From Moniliella sp. 'wahieum' (lineage: Eukaryota), in NCBI GenBank assembly GCA_003971905.1, contig RSEE01000038.1:62001-126000 (forward strand): DNA of 64,000 nucleotides. The letters are read 5' to 3'. Positions 1 to 13,272 of the stretch are shown one piece after another (positions within the stretch are counted from its first letter, which is position 1; each line of letters begins with the position of its first letter). The notes under the pieces are model-generated. The model saw only the letters and a list, made by a program, of their open reading frames with translations, was not told the DNA's origin and did no database searches. The position numbers and the translations under genes are program-made.

Positions 1-727
1 CGTTCATTGGCGATGCCTTTGTCTGAATGGCGAGCTGCTCGCCAAAGCGATTGCCATTTCTCAAACGGCGAGCGTTTCCTCGGTCAGGCCTCAGGGTCCG
101 TTCTGGGATTGTTTTGTCGCGTGCGGCGGCTGACTTCTGTCCGAATGTCCACTCGGCTCGTCTGCATCGAGACCGAGCCCATTGTATAGCAACGCATTTG
201 GGCAGCAGTAGCAGGCAGAGTCCATCAAAGCCAGCCTCATCCACTTGACGAGCGCGGTATGCATGCTGCGCCCAGAGGTAAGCCCACTGTCTGGCCATGG
301 TCGGCTTGGGTACTGACGCAGGCGGATGAAGCTCATCACAGTGCCACTCATCTGTCGTGGTCAATGCGCTTCCCATTTCCCACTTGATCAGATTCTGACA
401 TGGAACGGATTGAATGCGCACACAACATGCATCCGTCGAGAGTGGCCACCGCGTGCGGCGCTGATATACCCGCCGATACCAAGCCTAGCTGGGGAGACAG
501 AGCATCACAGATGGCTGCAGCGATGGTTTGGGATATAATCGAATGGAAAGAGGACGACAGTTTACAAGAAGGGAGGGGCCAAGGAATCACCGCACTACCA
601 CTCCCCTGGCACCTCGTTTCCAAATAGACTCGAGTCCGAACCCATGGAGAAGATGCTTTCGCGGTCAATGTCGAGCGCATTGGCACGGCGAGCCAACCTT
701 CGGGCATGAGGGAGGGAGGCTCGATAC

Positions 728-3474
728 CTACAAAAACGTCATGCGCGCGTGGGACCAACGGGTGAGCCGCGTTGCGCTCGGCGGTGGCAAGGGAACCGCG
801 GCCGAAGGATGGGTTGGGAGCTGAAGAGAGGTTTGAGGGGGAAAGGATGGCTTCACACTATCCCGTGCAGGATAGGCGGCCTCCAACCTGCGTGCCGTAG
901 CAAGCAGGTCAACATGAGGATCGGAAGCAACCGCAGCCAAAGGATTTTTACCCTCTGGCGCCCAGAGCCGCACTGTCCCATCGTCTCCCGCTGAAGCCAG
1001 CAAAGACGGACACGTAGGGTGCCGTGCTACAGAGTTCACCGTGCCAGATCGATGGCCAACCAGTGCGCCAAGATGCCGTCCGAGTCGAGCGATCATAAAT
1101 GTGAGCCCGAGAATCTGAATAAAATGAGGGTTAGTCAAGTCGGGCAAAAGAGAATAGAGTAGATGTACCTTCGCTTCCCACAACAACAAACTGTTCTTCT
1201 GCGCCGCCAAAGCAGTTGTGTACATGATGATTGAGACACGCATGTTGCTCATACCGAACGACGAGCGACATGGGCACATTTTGTCCGGCAGGTCCCAAAT
1301 CCCACAACCGTGCCGCATTGTCCAAATGCGACGTGAGTACATGACGCGAATCGGAGGCAAAGCGAACGCTGCTCACCTCGTCTTTCAGAAAGAGTCGATC
1401 TTGCTCCATGTTGCGTGACAAATCAAACACGGCGAGTTTGAATCGCTGGATGGTCTGATGGCTACTGGACCCGGGTACATTAGGGGGGGAAGTTGATAGG
1501 TACCCATCCTGCTCAAAGGAAAGAGGCGGCGCGCCCTCCAGCAGGTTCCCGCCCGTGATCCACCCCATCATATTCATCTGGAAAGATCATCACCGTATCA
1601 GAGGTCGGCTCCTCGGATGATGAGGTACGGCCGGCCGCGGCAACCGCAAAAAGTGGAGTATCACTGGATAGCATAGGACAAGGGAAGATGGCGGGGTTGC
1701 TGGGCGATTCCCTCATTTCGTTCCTTGTGTCAGAGAGGGATGATGGAGCCGTATTTTCGTAGCTGGATACGACCAAACGGGACTCGTCTTTGGAAATATC
1801 AAGCCCCAATACACGAAAGGGAGTGATGAACCAGTTGGCCAAGTGACGACCATCACTGCTCCAAAACATAAGCTTTTCGTCCTTAGCGCCTGTGATAAAG
1901 CCTTTACCCGAAGGGAGCCATACGATGGCGCTCACCGTACGCCCATGTGCCGGTCTCAGAGCTTTGCCCGTCAAACCAAGGTCTGGACCAAAATGATACA
2001 GGTGTATCCCCGGATCACTGCCCACCACCAAATGCAAGCTGTCGGGCGACCATGCAAGGGCGCTTACGGGTGAAGGATACGTTCCAAGAAAGCCAACAAG
2101 GTCGTAGCGCCCATCGCCCAAGAGGTAGAGCGACACCTTTCGATCGCGTCCTCCACTGACGAGCCATTTTCCATCAGGGGAAAATGTAACGACCCATGTC
2201 TCATGAGCATTGCCTGCCGAAGAGGGAGGGCAGAGCACTTGCAGGCATCGATCAGGCAGTTCCGGCTTTTCCACACCCGTCGTCGATACACAGGGACAAG
2301 GCCGAATCGGCATTATTAGCAGAAGGCTCATCGCCCCACCCACTGCGCTGATACGCAAGTGCTCGCTCCAGTAACGTATTCATACGATGCGAAGAGCATG
2401 ATAGATGGAAGGAGTATGTCTGGAATATCAAATGTCAGCAGAATAAACTAGTACCAGTAGATTGGACCACTCACCCGCAATCTGATCCAATACCCTCTCG
2501 GCTTGATCGGCATACCCCCTCCCAACCACTTGCTTTGGCCCGGAGTTCCTCCGACGTAGTGCACAACATCAACCTGTGAAAAATAGAGGTCAGGGGGGGT
2601 GGAGGAATAGAGTGCTGGAAGCAAAGATACAAAGTACGTACCCAGACCACCATCGTACCTGCTCATAATCAGAGATCAGGGGGATAATGTGGATGCGCAA
2701 CAGATGCAATGAACGTCCGATCCCCAGACTCCAATAGCTCAAGGTAGAGTTGTTGGTAGATGAGAAGTTTGATGTGCTGGCGAAGACGTCAGTCGAATGG
2801 ATTAAATACAAGGGGGAGACCGTCCACATACAGTCCATCCTCTCGAGGGGTTGCGCATTGCCATTGAGAACTTGCCCGGAACAGAAGGCGGGGATGCTGA
2901 AGTTCTCTTTTCGATATAATTAGCAGGCAAGGGTATCTGAGACGTTGATGGGCCGGCGCATCCGGACTTGCGGTCCTCATTGTAGGATCCTGCCACAGGC
3001 TGATCTTGGTTCTGGCGTTCCACCCAGTCGATCAACGCTTTCTTTAATGCCCATAGAGCACGTCGCCACTGTCCTGCCAGTGCGAACGCACGGAAGTGAA
3101 TGATTAGCAGGCTCTCTTCCTGTACACCCGATTCGGCCTCAAGCGGAGACCGCCTTGGAAAGGCCCAGTCCTCTCAAAGTCTGCAATGTTAATCGAAGAT
3201 ATTCTTGTGCGCCTAAAGCACTTCCCGGGCGAAAATCACGAGAAGATTGTGGATACGGAGGAGTAGGAGCATCGGGCTGATCCCCGCCAGGATCGTCTCC
3301 CGAGAGACGAGAAGGACGAAGGGGAAGAGGGCGGTGGGCAAACTGCAGGGCGGCTCGGTTCAGAAGGCCTTTCCCCGTCTTCCATTGCGCTCTGTTCTTC
3401 AGAAAATTGCGTTTTCCGGGTGGTAAGACGGAGGTGGAGGGCCCAGGCTGAGAGAAGGTTGAGGAACCCTCCAT
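728..3474 (-). CDS. WDR26/Gid7-like LisH-CTLH-WD40 protein (GID/CTLH E3 ligase subunit-like); spliced, with frameshifts
   Basis: N-terminal LisH-like EYLRLTLQTLRGLGLSKAVSA, then WD40 repeats (AHETWVVTFSPDGKWLVSGGRDRKV; HGRTVSAIVWLPSGKGFITGAKDEKLMFW; CFGGAEEQFVVVGSE; LVGHRSGTVNSVARHP..LLASAGDDGTVRLW). Introns at 2420-2474 and 1115-1168 with GT/CTRAC/AG. The 3' end is uncertain and may extend toward ~350. Confidence 0.8.
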
Positions 3475-3870
3475 GGGCACCAGCGGTGGAATTGATGAGG
3501 AATCAGGGCAGCCGCTCGCAGGGGTTCCGAGTGCAACTGCGGCGCAAAGCGGCGCGCTTGTTGTGGTGCGAATTGGGTGGGGACGGCATAATGGTGGGAG
3601 GGGGACGAAAGGGCAAGTATTGCTAGTTCTGGCACCGAATGCCTCAGGCCGATATGGAGCGCAGGGGAGCTGGCCGCTCTGAGCGAATGGGGCAGGGGGT
3701 CGAGACGCGGGCCAGAAGGAAACTGGGCGGACGTGACGAGCGCAGCGAGTGGAATGACCAAGCGACACCGGTTGCAAAAGTAGGCCGGCAGATATGCCCA
3801 GAGCAGCAGAGATTGTGTTGATGGTGGGGCGGTCAAGGAGGGGGACCGAGCGGCCAGCCAGCCAGGCTAC

Positions 3871-3936
3871 GGTGATTGGTGACCGGTGACCAGTGATCGC
3901 CACCGTGGCTACCGGTTACCGGCCTTAGGCCTTACC
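3871..3936. repeat. Heptamer quasi-palindrome island (GGTGACC x2, GGTTACC, CCTTAGG)
   Basis: Read directly from the sequence. Confidence 0.8.
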
Positions 3937-4550
3937 ACCAGTGTCTCGACTAGGGATTGGCCATTTCAAATTTCAGGGTCCGTCGCCGGCCGGCAGCCGG
4001 CAGGCCAGCGTCCCCGCTGGCCGCTCCCCCGCGGAAGCGGGTGGGTGTGGCCACCAGCCATTTCCTCGCCCTTCGAGCTAGTCCGGTGCCTGCTACCGTT
4101 CTAGACTGGATGGCCGAGATCTTGCACCTACCCCTCTACCCAAAAGGCATCCTAAGGCAGCCGTTGTTTCGTGTTCTTCACCCCGCCGTCCTCAGGATAA
4201 GACACTCGTATCCTTTGCCACCGAGGGCATTCCGGCAATGATCAGAGCAGCCCCAAGGCGCGACTGGCGTTCAACATTGCTACCCTAAGGCGTGCACGCT
4301 AACTTGAAGGCCTCTTTCTCATCAACAAGCCCATCAATAACAGGTATTCTCTTCACACTCACTTGGATCGTTCACATCTAGGCAATGTATTTCATGGGGT
4401 AGGCCATACAAGTCAAGCGCGCCCAATAGGACTCGGAGAGTGGGTCACAACATGACAGTTTGCAGGGCAGACTTTGTACATTCGCATAGTCAACGTTCAA
4501 CAGCGTCAGAAATGTGTTTGCTTAGACCAGGGGACAAAGAAGACTGCGCC

Positions 4551-6081
4551 CTAGAGGTAGGTAACCTGGGTCCCCATCCTCAGTGTGTCCCACACGGCCG
4601 CCACGGCGTTGGCGAAAATGGAGCGCGAAGGAGGTAAGGTTGGTCCGGAAGGAGGCGGGCGCCGACGGAGTCGCCAGATGATCGCCAACACAATGCCAAC
4701 AAGGGGCACAGAGCGGGCACAAATGGCCCCCACCGGGCAAGAACCTTGGCTAGTGCCGTCTGCGACACTTTATTATCCACCTTGGCGGGCGAGGAGCTGG
4801 CTTTTGATGTAGTAGGGGTGGCTTCGCTCCGGTCGCGTTCCCTGTCCCGGGCATGGTGCCGCTCCAACGTTTTAGAGATGGTGTCCCTGCTCTGGGCAAA
4901 ACTGCCAGGGGGCGAACGTGGGACGCTATCGCTTTTTGGCCGAGGGCTGGGTTGGAGCAGGAAGATGTTGTTGACCGGCTGAGCGCAGAGATGGGGTGCT
5001 TGCAATGGCAGCCTTGGCAGCAACCGAAGCCGAAAGGGCAAGCTCCTCAGATCTTCTTGCCTGTTCGTCTGCCACCGCCGCTTGAACCCGCGCCGCAGCC
5101 AATTTGACTCTTTTCTCCCGATCCAAGGATGAACCATGTTCTTTGGCGGAGGCAAGGAGAGACTGAAGCCTGCTTTTTGTCATGACTTGTGCTCCATCCT
5201 GTGCCTCCTGTCCTTGCTCTTCCTCGCCCTCAGGGAGACGGGAAAAACGGACAACTTCCCATGCATACTCCCACTCGGCCATTCGTTTCCCCGCACCTCC
5301 ACCGCGTACAACTCAACAATCCGCGCATACCACCGGCCTTGTCTTCTTCTGCGTCGCTCATGGCTCCCAGATAGGCCTCTGACATGTGCCGTGCAGCGCG
5401 GTAGGAGCCCATGGGCCCATCTGTGGAAGCAGTAAGCGATTGCGGCTTGGAGGGCGATGGTGCCGCATCACCCAAACTCAGAGCAGCGAGTACACAGGCC
5501 ACCACACTTGGGGGATGTGCGACGGCGCCCGCTGCGTAGCTGGGTAGGAATGATCGCATCATGGTCGATGATATGGGTGGGCGCAAAAAGGAGCAGGTGT
5601 CGTTCCATAGATGGGCAAGGATTGCATACTGGGCCTTGTCCAGTAACTTGGCAGCTGATTCCCTAGCGGCACGCACCTGGTCATCCGACACGTTCGAAGG
5701 GACATTCAGTGTAGTGGAGTGGAACTGCGCAAGGTCTGGACCAGTGAAGCACGAGTGGGATAGGTCGTCGCATAGCACGTGAGACGCAGAAGCGCGAGCG
5801 CGCCGCCAGCTCCGGGGTTATACTTGCGGCAGCAGGGTCGAGGGATCAGACGTGGCCTGGAGGAAGGCAAGTTCGGCGCCAACCAGAGCTTGGCCCATTT
5901 GCTGGTGCACCACAAACGCTCGCGATGCGCGCGAGATGAGCCGTTGCACTGTTGCGGCGATGGCGGGTGCGGGTGGCGTACAGGGTGCAGCGATGGAAGG
6001 TGTGGAGAGGGAGGCGGTGCTGCTTTCAAGGCTGCCTAGGCTTGCACCGAGCCCGTTGACCATCAGCGCTGAGCCAGCCAT
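4551..6081 (-). CDS. PEX26: Peroxin Pex26-like tail-anchored peroxisomal protein; frameshifted
   Basis: RASRAFV near the N-terminus, EWEYAWEVV internal motif, C-terminal hydrophobic segment VPLVGIVLAIIW followed by basic residues, and terminal VWDTLRMGTQVTYL*, which resembles the fungal Pex26 C-terminus. Pieced together from ORFs 5818-6153, 5230-5778, 4926-5282, 4580-5155 and 4551-4733. Confidence 0.7.
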
Positions 6082-7117
6082 GGTCGTGGTCGCAAGCAAG
6101 ACGGAAGGAGATGGAGTGACTCGTGAAAGGATGTGGGGACCACCGGCTGTCAATCAGGCCGAGGCGGCTGGCGTTGAACGTTCAGATGAACGACGAATCA
6201 GATCTCGGAGCGCGTGAACGGAACAGTCAATATTCAATGTTCAAGTTAAACGCCGTTAATGCGTGAACGCGTGAACGCAGGCAATACTGATGCGTGCATG
6301 ATGTCGATGATCCAATTGGCATTGCCGATACACAGCTCTGCGGCTCCGCGCTCATCATCACCAGGGCCATACTCGGCCGTACTCCGTCTCGGGGTCGGGT
6401 CTTGTGCGCTGTTTTTCTCGCTTCTGAAGCACAGCAAGCGCCTTCTTGGATACCACCACAGCAGGATTCATGCGCGATCTTGCCGCGAGCTATCATCGTC
6501 ACTATCTGACTTCCCAACCCTCAGCACGCATTTTCCCCTGTGACGTTTATCCCATGATCGCGAAAAGCCGCAACCCCTTCGTCTGGCTCGGATCTCTGTC
6601 TATAGTTTCTCCTACAAGGTGAGTATACAAAAGATGGCTTTTGTGCTCATTCCATATTAAAGCTCGCTGTACTATTGGGCCTATAGATCCCCCTGTTGCC
6701 CATGTAAGTCCCCTTCAAAGCCACACCGTTTCCTTCCACTACTCCAGCGACAAAAATAGTCTGGACAATCCGCTCATCGTCTTTCCAATAGTGGTAGATG
6801 TAATTTCACTGCGTGAAACTGACGTTAGCCACCCTACTACTCGAACAATCTCTACTACGCCGCCCACCATGAGGACATCAAGATAAGCCGCATGCGAACT
6901 GTTCGCCCTAACTGTTTGGTGGCGGGAATGGGTGGTGCTCGAGTCCATTGCTTCATTGCTGTAATACTCAGACGAATGTCAGGTCCAGTAAAAGGACAAC
7001 CACCCCCCATGATCCACAATATAATGGGCTAACAATCAAGCTCAGGATTAACACAATTTCGATTTCCATGAGAGTGGCTACCTATATCTTCCATCTCGGA
7101 CCCATCGACGCACGCGT

Positions 7118-8073
7118 TCAAGCGTCGAGCCACTTCTCCAGAGTCTGGGCCCAGGATTGGGCATCGGTACGTCGAACCAGGCATGGCCGAAGGCGTGACC
7201 AATGACTGGGTGGGCTAGATGCACTGCCTGTGCAAAGCTTGAAGCAATAACTCACCTCCCCGAGACTGACAGCTTCATCAAGCTTGCCATGGATCACAGC
7301 CACTCCCACTGAGCCGGGGCGCAGGCAGCCAAGCGTGACGATACTCTACGCCCTCTTGCCTTAGAGTCTCGATCTGTTTCCCGACCACGTGTTCAGGTCG
7401 ATGGCCAGTAAGGGCGTCATGTGTCCGCTGGACAGAAACTCTTCGTTCCTCTTGTCCTGCACAAACGCCGCAAATACTGTTTCTCCACCATCTTCCTGGC
7501 CCAGTGCAGCTTCCCCCCGCCTCGTCAGAAGGAGGCGGGGGTGGGGGTGGGGGTGGGTTACTGCTCTCCGGTCGTAAGGAACGGGGAAAGGTAGCAGCTA
7601 GGACAACCTTGCGAACTTGAGTGTGGCCCTGCAAATGAGTTTCCCCCATCGACGCTGGACACAGGATGGGTAAGATCTGGACCACGAGCCCACCCAAACT
7701 CCAACCCATATGTCACCTCCTTGATCTTCAGTGAAGCAAGACGTCCAATATGTCCAACGCCATCTTGTCCAAGTCACTGCTGTTCAACTCCGAGGCGGTA
7801 AGGTCGACCCCCCCATCCCCCTATTGTCAAAAAGTAGGACTACGAGTGGAGGAGAGAGCTTGATCTAACGGGGCCCAATCATCCATCACCCCCCCAGCCG
7901 CCGCCACCTGTACTTAATTAGCCCAGCCGCAGGGCCAAAACTGGCTCATTACTAGACAACGTACCAATACGATGGCACTGCGGTGTTTTCAGGCCCCCAC
8001 CGAGCAAACGAAACCGGATTTGAGCACCATCCCGGGCCAGAGCCACTCCTTCGCAACGGTCCGAATCTGGCAT
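7118..8073 (-). CDS. Alpha/beta hydrolase fold protein; frameshifted
   Basis: FDNRGMGGST motif (~7805-7835), nucleophile elbow MGWSLGG (7709), VIHGKLDEAV acid motif, and FGHAWF His motif in an adjacent frame near 7180. Confidence 0.75.
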
Positions 8074-8515
8074 GTTGATAGGGCAGAGGGAACGGTGGAA
8101 AGAGGAGTTGCCGATAGCTGGCGTTTTGCAAAAAACTGGTCCATTTTGATATGCACGCACGGTTCGTCTCATTGGTATCTAATTGGTGGTGGTGCCACGT
8201 GGCCATGCACGCGTCCTTTGAAATTGCACAAATGATAGAAGTCCATGATTAAGATAGCGCTGAGCTCCTGAGTTCCTCCTATAAGCTCCTGAACATCCAC
8301 GCCCATCTTACACAAGTCAACCGTAAACGTCAAACTCAATGCATCAACCCCCCCTTTGTTAGTAGTCATTGCCACCAAAACTATCTCGTCGTCGACTCTC
8401 CCACCCGCGAGTAAACCTTCGTTTTGGCGGTTCCCTCTCGTTGGCCGCACGCCTACATTCTCTCTACGACCCTCCCTCGCCTCTCGTTTCTTCTGCATAT
8501 GACGCATCATCCCTC

Positions 8516-10523
8516 ATGGGCGCTCGAAAAGATGCCAAGCGACCCTCGTTTTCTCTGACTTCAGGCCATACAACACCCATCTCCAGTCGCACCGCTTCAC
8601 CTCTCCTTACACCTACCTCTGTTCGAGTCGGACCCATGGAGAAGAGCTCCACGGATCTGACGAACTGGGATAGATCGTCTCACGACTTGCCCGGACAATC
8701 TTCTCCTTTTGGATACTATCATGACGGGTGGGCATCGACTTCAACTCTCTTACCGCCTTCGCCGCTTGTCCCAAAGAAGGAGGCTATCAATGGCCAAACG
8801 AGCTCAATTTCCGAGCTAACTGAAGGGGGCGAAAAACCGGAATGTCCACACAGTGGTGTTGGACTCAAGTTGTCGGCCGGCGATAATTCAACGGCATACA
8901 CTATCCTGAGCACAAGCCACACCCGTATTATCTTGGCACTTGTGACCCTCACAGGCTTCTTAGGGCCAATGACCTCCAATATTTACATGGGTGCGCTGCC
9001 TTCAATCTGCAAGGTTTGTATATACCTCTTGGTCCCCATCCCCGCTCTGGTGTGTCTCAGAAACACAGACTGACCCGTCCCACGACAGGACCTCATGGCA
9101 TCGGCTGAGGAGATTCAATTAAGTGTAACAATATACATGGTGGGCCAAGCCATTGCACCCCTCATTATTGGAGCCAATACGGATTTGACGGGACGACGCC
9201 CGAGTTTTCTCTTTTCCCTCGTGCTCTACCTCGGGGCCTGCCTGGGCCTATATCTCTTGCCCAATGCCACAGCAACAAACAAGACGCACGTTTATGTGGG
9301 TCTTCTTTTACTGCGTTTACTTCAATCATGTGGTAGTGCTGTGTTCAGCATTGCTTCCGGCGTGGTGGCAGATATCTTCCCGCTAGTCACCGTGCAGGAG
9401 CCATTGGTATTCTCAATGCTGGCTCATCCGTCGGCCCCGCATGCTCACCTACCCTTGGTGCTCTGTTCACCGCGGCCGATGGATGGCGTACGATCTTCCT
9501 GTTTTGCCTGGGTATCGCTGCGCTTTGCCTCCTCCTCATTTTGCTTTTTTTGCCAGAGACTCTACGCTCTTTGGTGGGAAATGGATCCCGCCCTGCCCCA
9601 ACCTGGTTCCATGAGCCCCTTTTTGCTCTCCTCATGCACCGCACAGTTGCTCAGGTCACAGGAATGCAGCGTCCAGGACTGCCCCCTGCCTGTGATCCGC
9701 AAGAGCTTGAGCAACTCCCTCCTTCCAAACGATCCGCCCATCTTCTTCTCATAAAAACTCGGCGCACTTTTTCGTTCGCCCGCTCCGCTTACTATTGAGA
9801 CGCGAGGCCCTCTGCTGCTTTCTGGGATATGGTCTCCCTTTCGCATCCCAGTTTATGGTTTTTCTTTCAACCGTTGCCGACAACTTCCAAGAGCATTACC
9901 ACTATTCTGTTATCCAAGCCGGGCTCGTCTTTCTCGCCACCGGGGTGGGGCTTGCACTTCGGCATTTGTCACCGGGCGCCTCATGGACCGGCAATTTTCC
10001 CGTGTCGAGAGGCGTGTGGCGATCCTACTCACTGAAGAGCAGGTTGAAGCGGGCAGAAGCACCCCAACACTCCCATCTTCCCTTTCTAGGGGTGCTACGT
10101 GTCTCCCCAAAGTCGATCCTCGTAACCCATTATTTCCATTGGAACGTACACGCTTATTCCTCTGGCCCTACGCAATTGCAATCCACATCGCTGCGATTGC
10201 AGGGTACGGATGGAGTCTGGGTCGTTCCCCGGCTGTGGTGCCCATTGTGCTGTTAGCATTCAACGGAATGAGCGTCGGCATGCTCAATTCCCTTTTCTCT
10301 ACTACGCAGATGGATTATCTCCCTCTCAAGGAGCAGGAGTGGCGGCAGCGGCAAATTTCGTCCGATGCGCTTTTGGGTGGGCACAGCTGTCATTCAACCC
10401 CTATTGCATGCTACCGGTCCAGGGTGGGCCTTCGTCGTCGTCGCAGCTTTCTCGGGAATGACTGTGCCATCCACACTCCTTCTTTTGACACATGGTGAGC
10501 GGTGGCGTCGTACGAATCCTTAG
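8516..10523 (+). CDS. MFS drug:H+ antiporter (DHA1, Qdr-like); intron 9014-9088, frameshifts
   Basis: TGFLGPMTSNIYMGALPSI; IQLSVTIYMVGQAIAPLIIG..DLTGRRP (motif A); LRLLQSCGSA..IASGVVADIF; LFLPETLRSLVGNGS; FPLERTRL; AANFVRC. Confidence 0.9.
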
Positions 10524-10828
10524 CTGTCGGGTGTCCTCTGATCATTTTGTATAATGGCAACTGTTCCATCCTTTTTTTCTTCTTCGATGACAATATCCTC
10601 TCCTGGACTTACGTTTCCTCTTTGCTTGCACACTTTACTCGAACAATACCCTTGACGACTTTGGACGAATGACCGCGCTGACGAAGATATCGATTTACTT
10701 ATTCATCCTATACTTAGAGGTCTGCACGCTTCGCTTCTTTGCTTTTTGTGCAGCAATGTGTTTTACTTGTTTTACTTGTTTTGTTTGTTACACACGTCCA
10801 TTCCAGAGGAAATTTCTTCAGTAGCAGC

Positions 10829-10900
10829 TGTTGATAGGTTTAGGCGTAGCGTTTCCCAGTCCCAGCCAGCTTAAGCTCTGTCAATGATATGGATGTTTAT
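10829..10900 (+). repeat. Dispersed ~65-bp repeat, copy 1 (possible LTR or TE end remnant)
   Basis: AGGTTTAGGCGTAGCGTTTCCCAGTCCCAGCCAGCTTAAGCTCTGTCAATGATATGGATGT aligns with 38001-38060. Confidence 0.75.
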
Positions 10901-11022
10901 ATAGACCTGTAGTACACATAATACAGGACACTGAGAGAGAGCCATTTTAAAACATGGCATTGAACATCTTCGTACAGAATTGCATGGTGTATACCATTTT
11001 GGTGCGTATCAGGATAAGGCCA

Positions 11023-13272
11023 CTAATAAGGGTGGGATAAGAATGCCCGTGGCGCACGGAGAGGGGGAAGCGTCAGGCTTTGTCGTCGTGGTAGTGTTGT
11101 CAACAATAGGTTTGAACCAGAGGGACGCACAGACACCCTGTTTTTTGACCCCCTCTCTCGTGGTAGAAGGGGAGGTGGTCCATAAAGAGCTCCATCACGT
11201 TCAGGCAGGCGCTCTAGCACTGCCAGCGCCATTTGTGTTGCTCCATCCAACGCTTGCTCAGGTCGGTGGAGCGCAACCTGGCCCAAGAGCAAGAACACCT
11301 TCACTGCCCGGCTCCAGGTTGGGTTCACCTCAATTGCGGCTTCGAGTGTGGCCACCCTGCCTCGGCCAATGGCCGAGGTAGAAACATGAGGCGAGCAGAG
11401 CTGTACACGAGCTGCAAGGAGGTGCATGCTGACCCAGGCCAACGTTTCAGGAGAGGGGATGGAACCCCGCGCACCGGCCTCAGCCAAGGCTCCTACCTGC
11501 TCTCCCGTATATGCTAGGGAGGCGGGGAGAGTGGCAGACCAAGTCTCGATGCCAGCACGGGTGTTGAGCCGCGTGGCTTGAGCAAGGAAAAAAAGTGCTT
11601 GGGCCACCGGATCGGAGCTCTCCGTCATCGTCAGGGGTACCCCCGACTGGACCCCAGCATAGAGCGATGCCAGCCCTTCCACTACGGCTATCGCCATGCG
11701 TAAGCGGACAGATGAGGACGGATCTAACATGCGCCAAGCCAGGGTGGCATCCAGCATAGCTTGGCGTGCTTGTCCCAGCTGGAGAGAGCACAAAGCCAAT
11801 AATGCGTACGCCATGGGTGCTCCGCCCATTACTCCCTTTTCGTCTTCTTTCTCAGAAGCATGCAGTGCCAACAAAACGCGGGCAGCTCGAATGTGAGCCT
11901 CCACATCGTTCGCTTCAGGTGCCACCAAAGCATAGAGTGCGTGAAGGAGCGCAGGCGAGGCAACGTAGGCGTACCCCACATCTCCCTTGGCCTGCTCCAG
12001 AGTGGGAAGGCACACATTCAGAGGGAATCCCACTTGGCGGAAAAGAGCGAGGTAATTGGCTTGCACGCTGTGAGACGGGAGGAGGAGAGAACCGTGGTCT
12101 CGATGGGAGACCAAGGTGCGCCCTGCCTCCCCTCAGGGATTGTGCATGGGGGTGGTCGGGCTCGTGCTGGCGGTGCAATAAGTACAGTGGGAAACGGGGC
12201 GGGTGGTGTTGAGTCAAGAGGCAAGGGTGGGGCAAGGGGTAGGTCGGGGCTTGTCGCCCAACGTGCCCTGCGCGGTCCCCCCACATCACGTCGAGGGCCA
12301 AGCTCCCATCCAGATGAAAGGGGGGGGATTGCAGCTTTCGGAGAGGGTGGGAGGGTGCTGCTCCACTGGTTGTGGGATGCACAGCCCAACGTGGTGGTAG
12401 ATGAAACCGACCCAGACGGATCCGAGTGGGTCGGCGAATGATGAGTAGGGATGATCCGGGGGCGGGAGGTAGCACGGAAGCAGCGCCTGTTGTGTGGGGA
12501 GCCAAGACCGAAGGGGGGCTGCCCGGGTCAGAGAGAGCTTGCTGTGAGAATGGAAGGGATGGGTGGCTCGGTGGGCCTGATGCTGCCTTAGCAAGGACTG
12601 CCAGGGCTTGGACCTCCATTCCGGGGCGGGTAAGGAATCCCACATCGCTCATGGACATGCGCCGTGCTGGTGGCAAAGGATGGTCGTAAACTTCAGTATC
12701 TGGCTCGGGCATAGAGGCGGGTGCAGGCAGAACCCCGACTTCATCCCTGCAAACCAAACAATAGTCAGCAATCTGAGATTGTGAGCCTAGAAGGGCTCCG
12801 GGGACGCACAAGTATTGGCACACTTTTCCGTTGGAGAGACAGTTGCCGCATGGCAGTCGTCGGTCACATCTCCGCTTGGCTTTGTGGCAAGCGGTGCATG
12901 AGCGTTGTGAGCGTCTGCGCTTCCCCCGCTGGGGGACATAACTCATGTCCCACTCACCCGGTGGGGCTTGAGGTGGTCCAGGCGGTGGAGGTGCATGGAG
13001 CACCGAAGGGGAGAGAGGGGGGTCTCACGCCAGCTCCGTTCTTGACCTTGGCCCAAAGAACGCAGAGGCGGCAGAATATGGGAGCCACCTGGCCAAGGAG
13101 GTGGCTGTGGATATGATGGTCGCGGTGGCCGTGACAGTGTTGGCGGGAGCGAAGGTGCGTGAGTATGCCCTCCGACGAGCTGGTCAATAGGCGGCAGTGG
13201 GGTGTCGCCAGGGGTCCAGGCCGCGCGGGCGTCGTGGATTGGCGGCAGCGTTGGCGGACGGCTGTCGGGCAT
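11023..13272 (-). CDS. Zn(II)2Cys6 fungal transcription factor with C-terminal regulatory region; intron ~12747-12809, frameshifts
   Basis: RSCTACHKAKRRCDRRLPCGNCLSNGKVCQY is a canonical binuclear cluster. Downstream YLALFRQVGFPLNVCLP..LLHALYAL resembles the fungal TF middle homology region. Confidence 0.88.

Noticed and set aside
10829..11105. Complete solo LTR bounded by TGTTGA..TCAACA
   Set aside because: No matching target-site duplication (GCAGC vs ATAGG), and the right end overlaps the Zn2Cys6 3' region. Only the ~65-bp repeat is retained.
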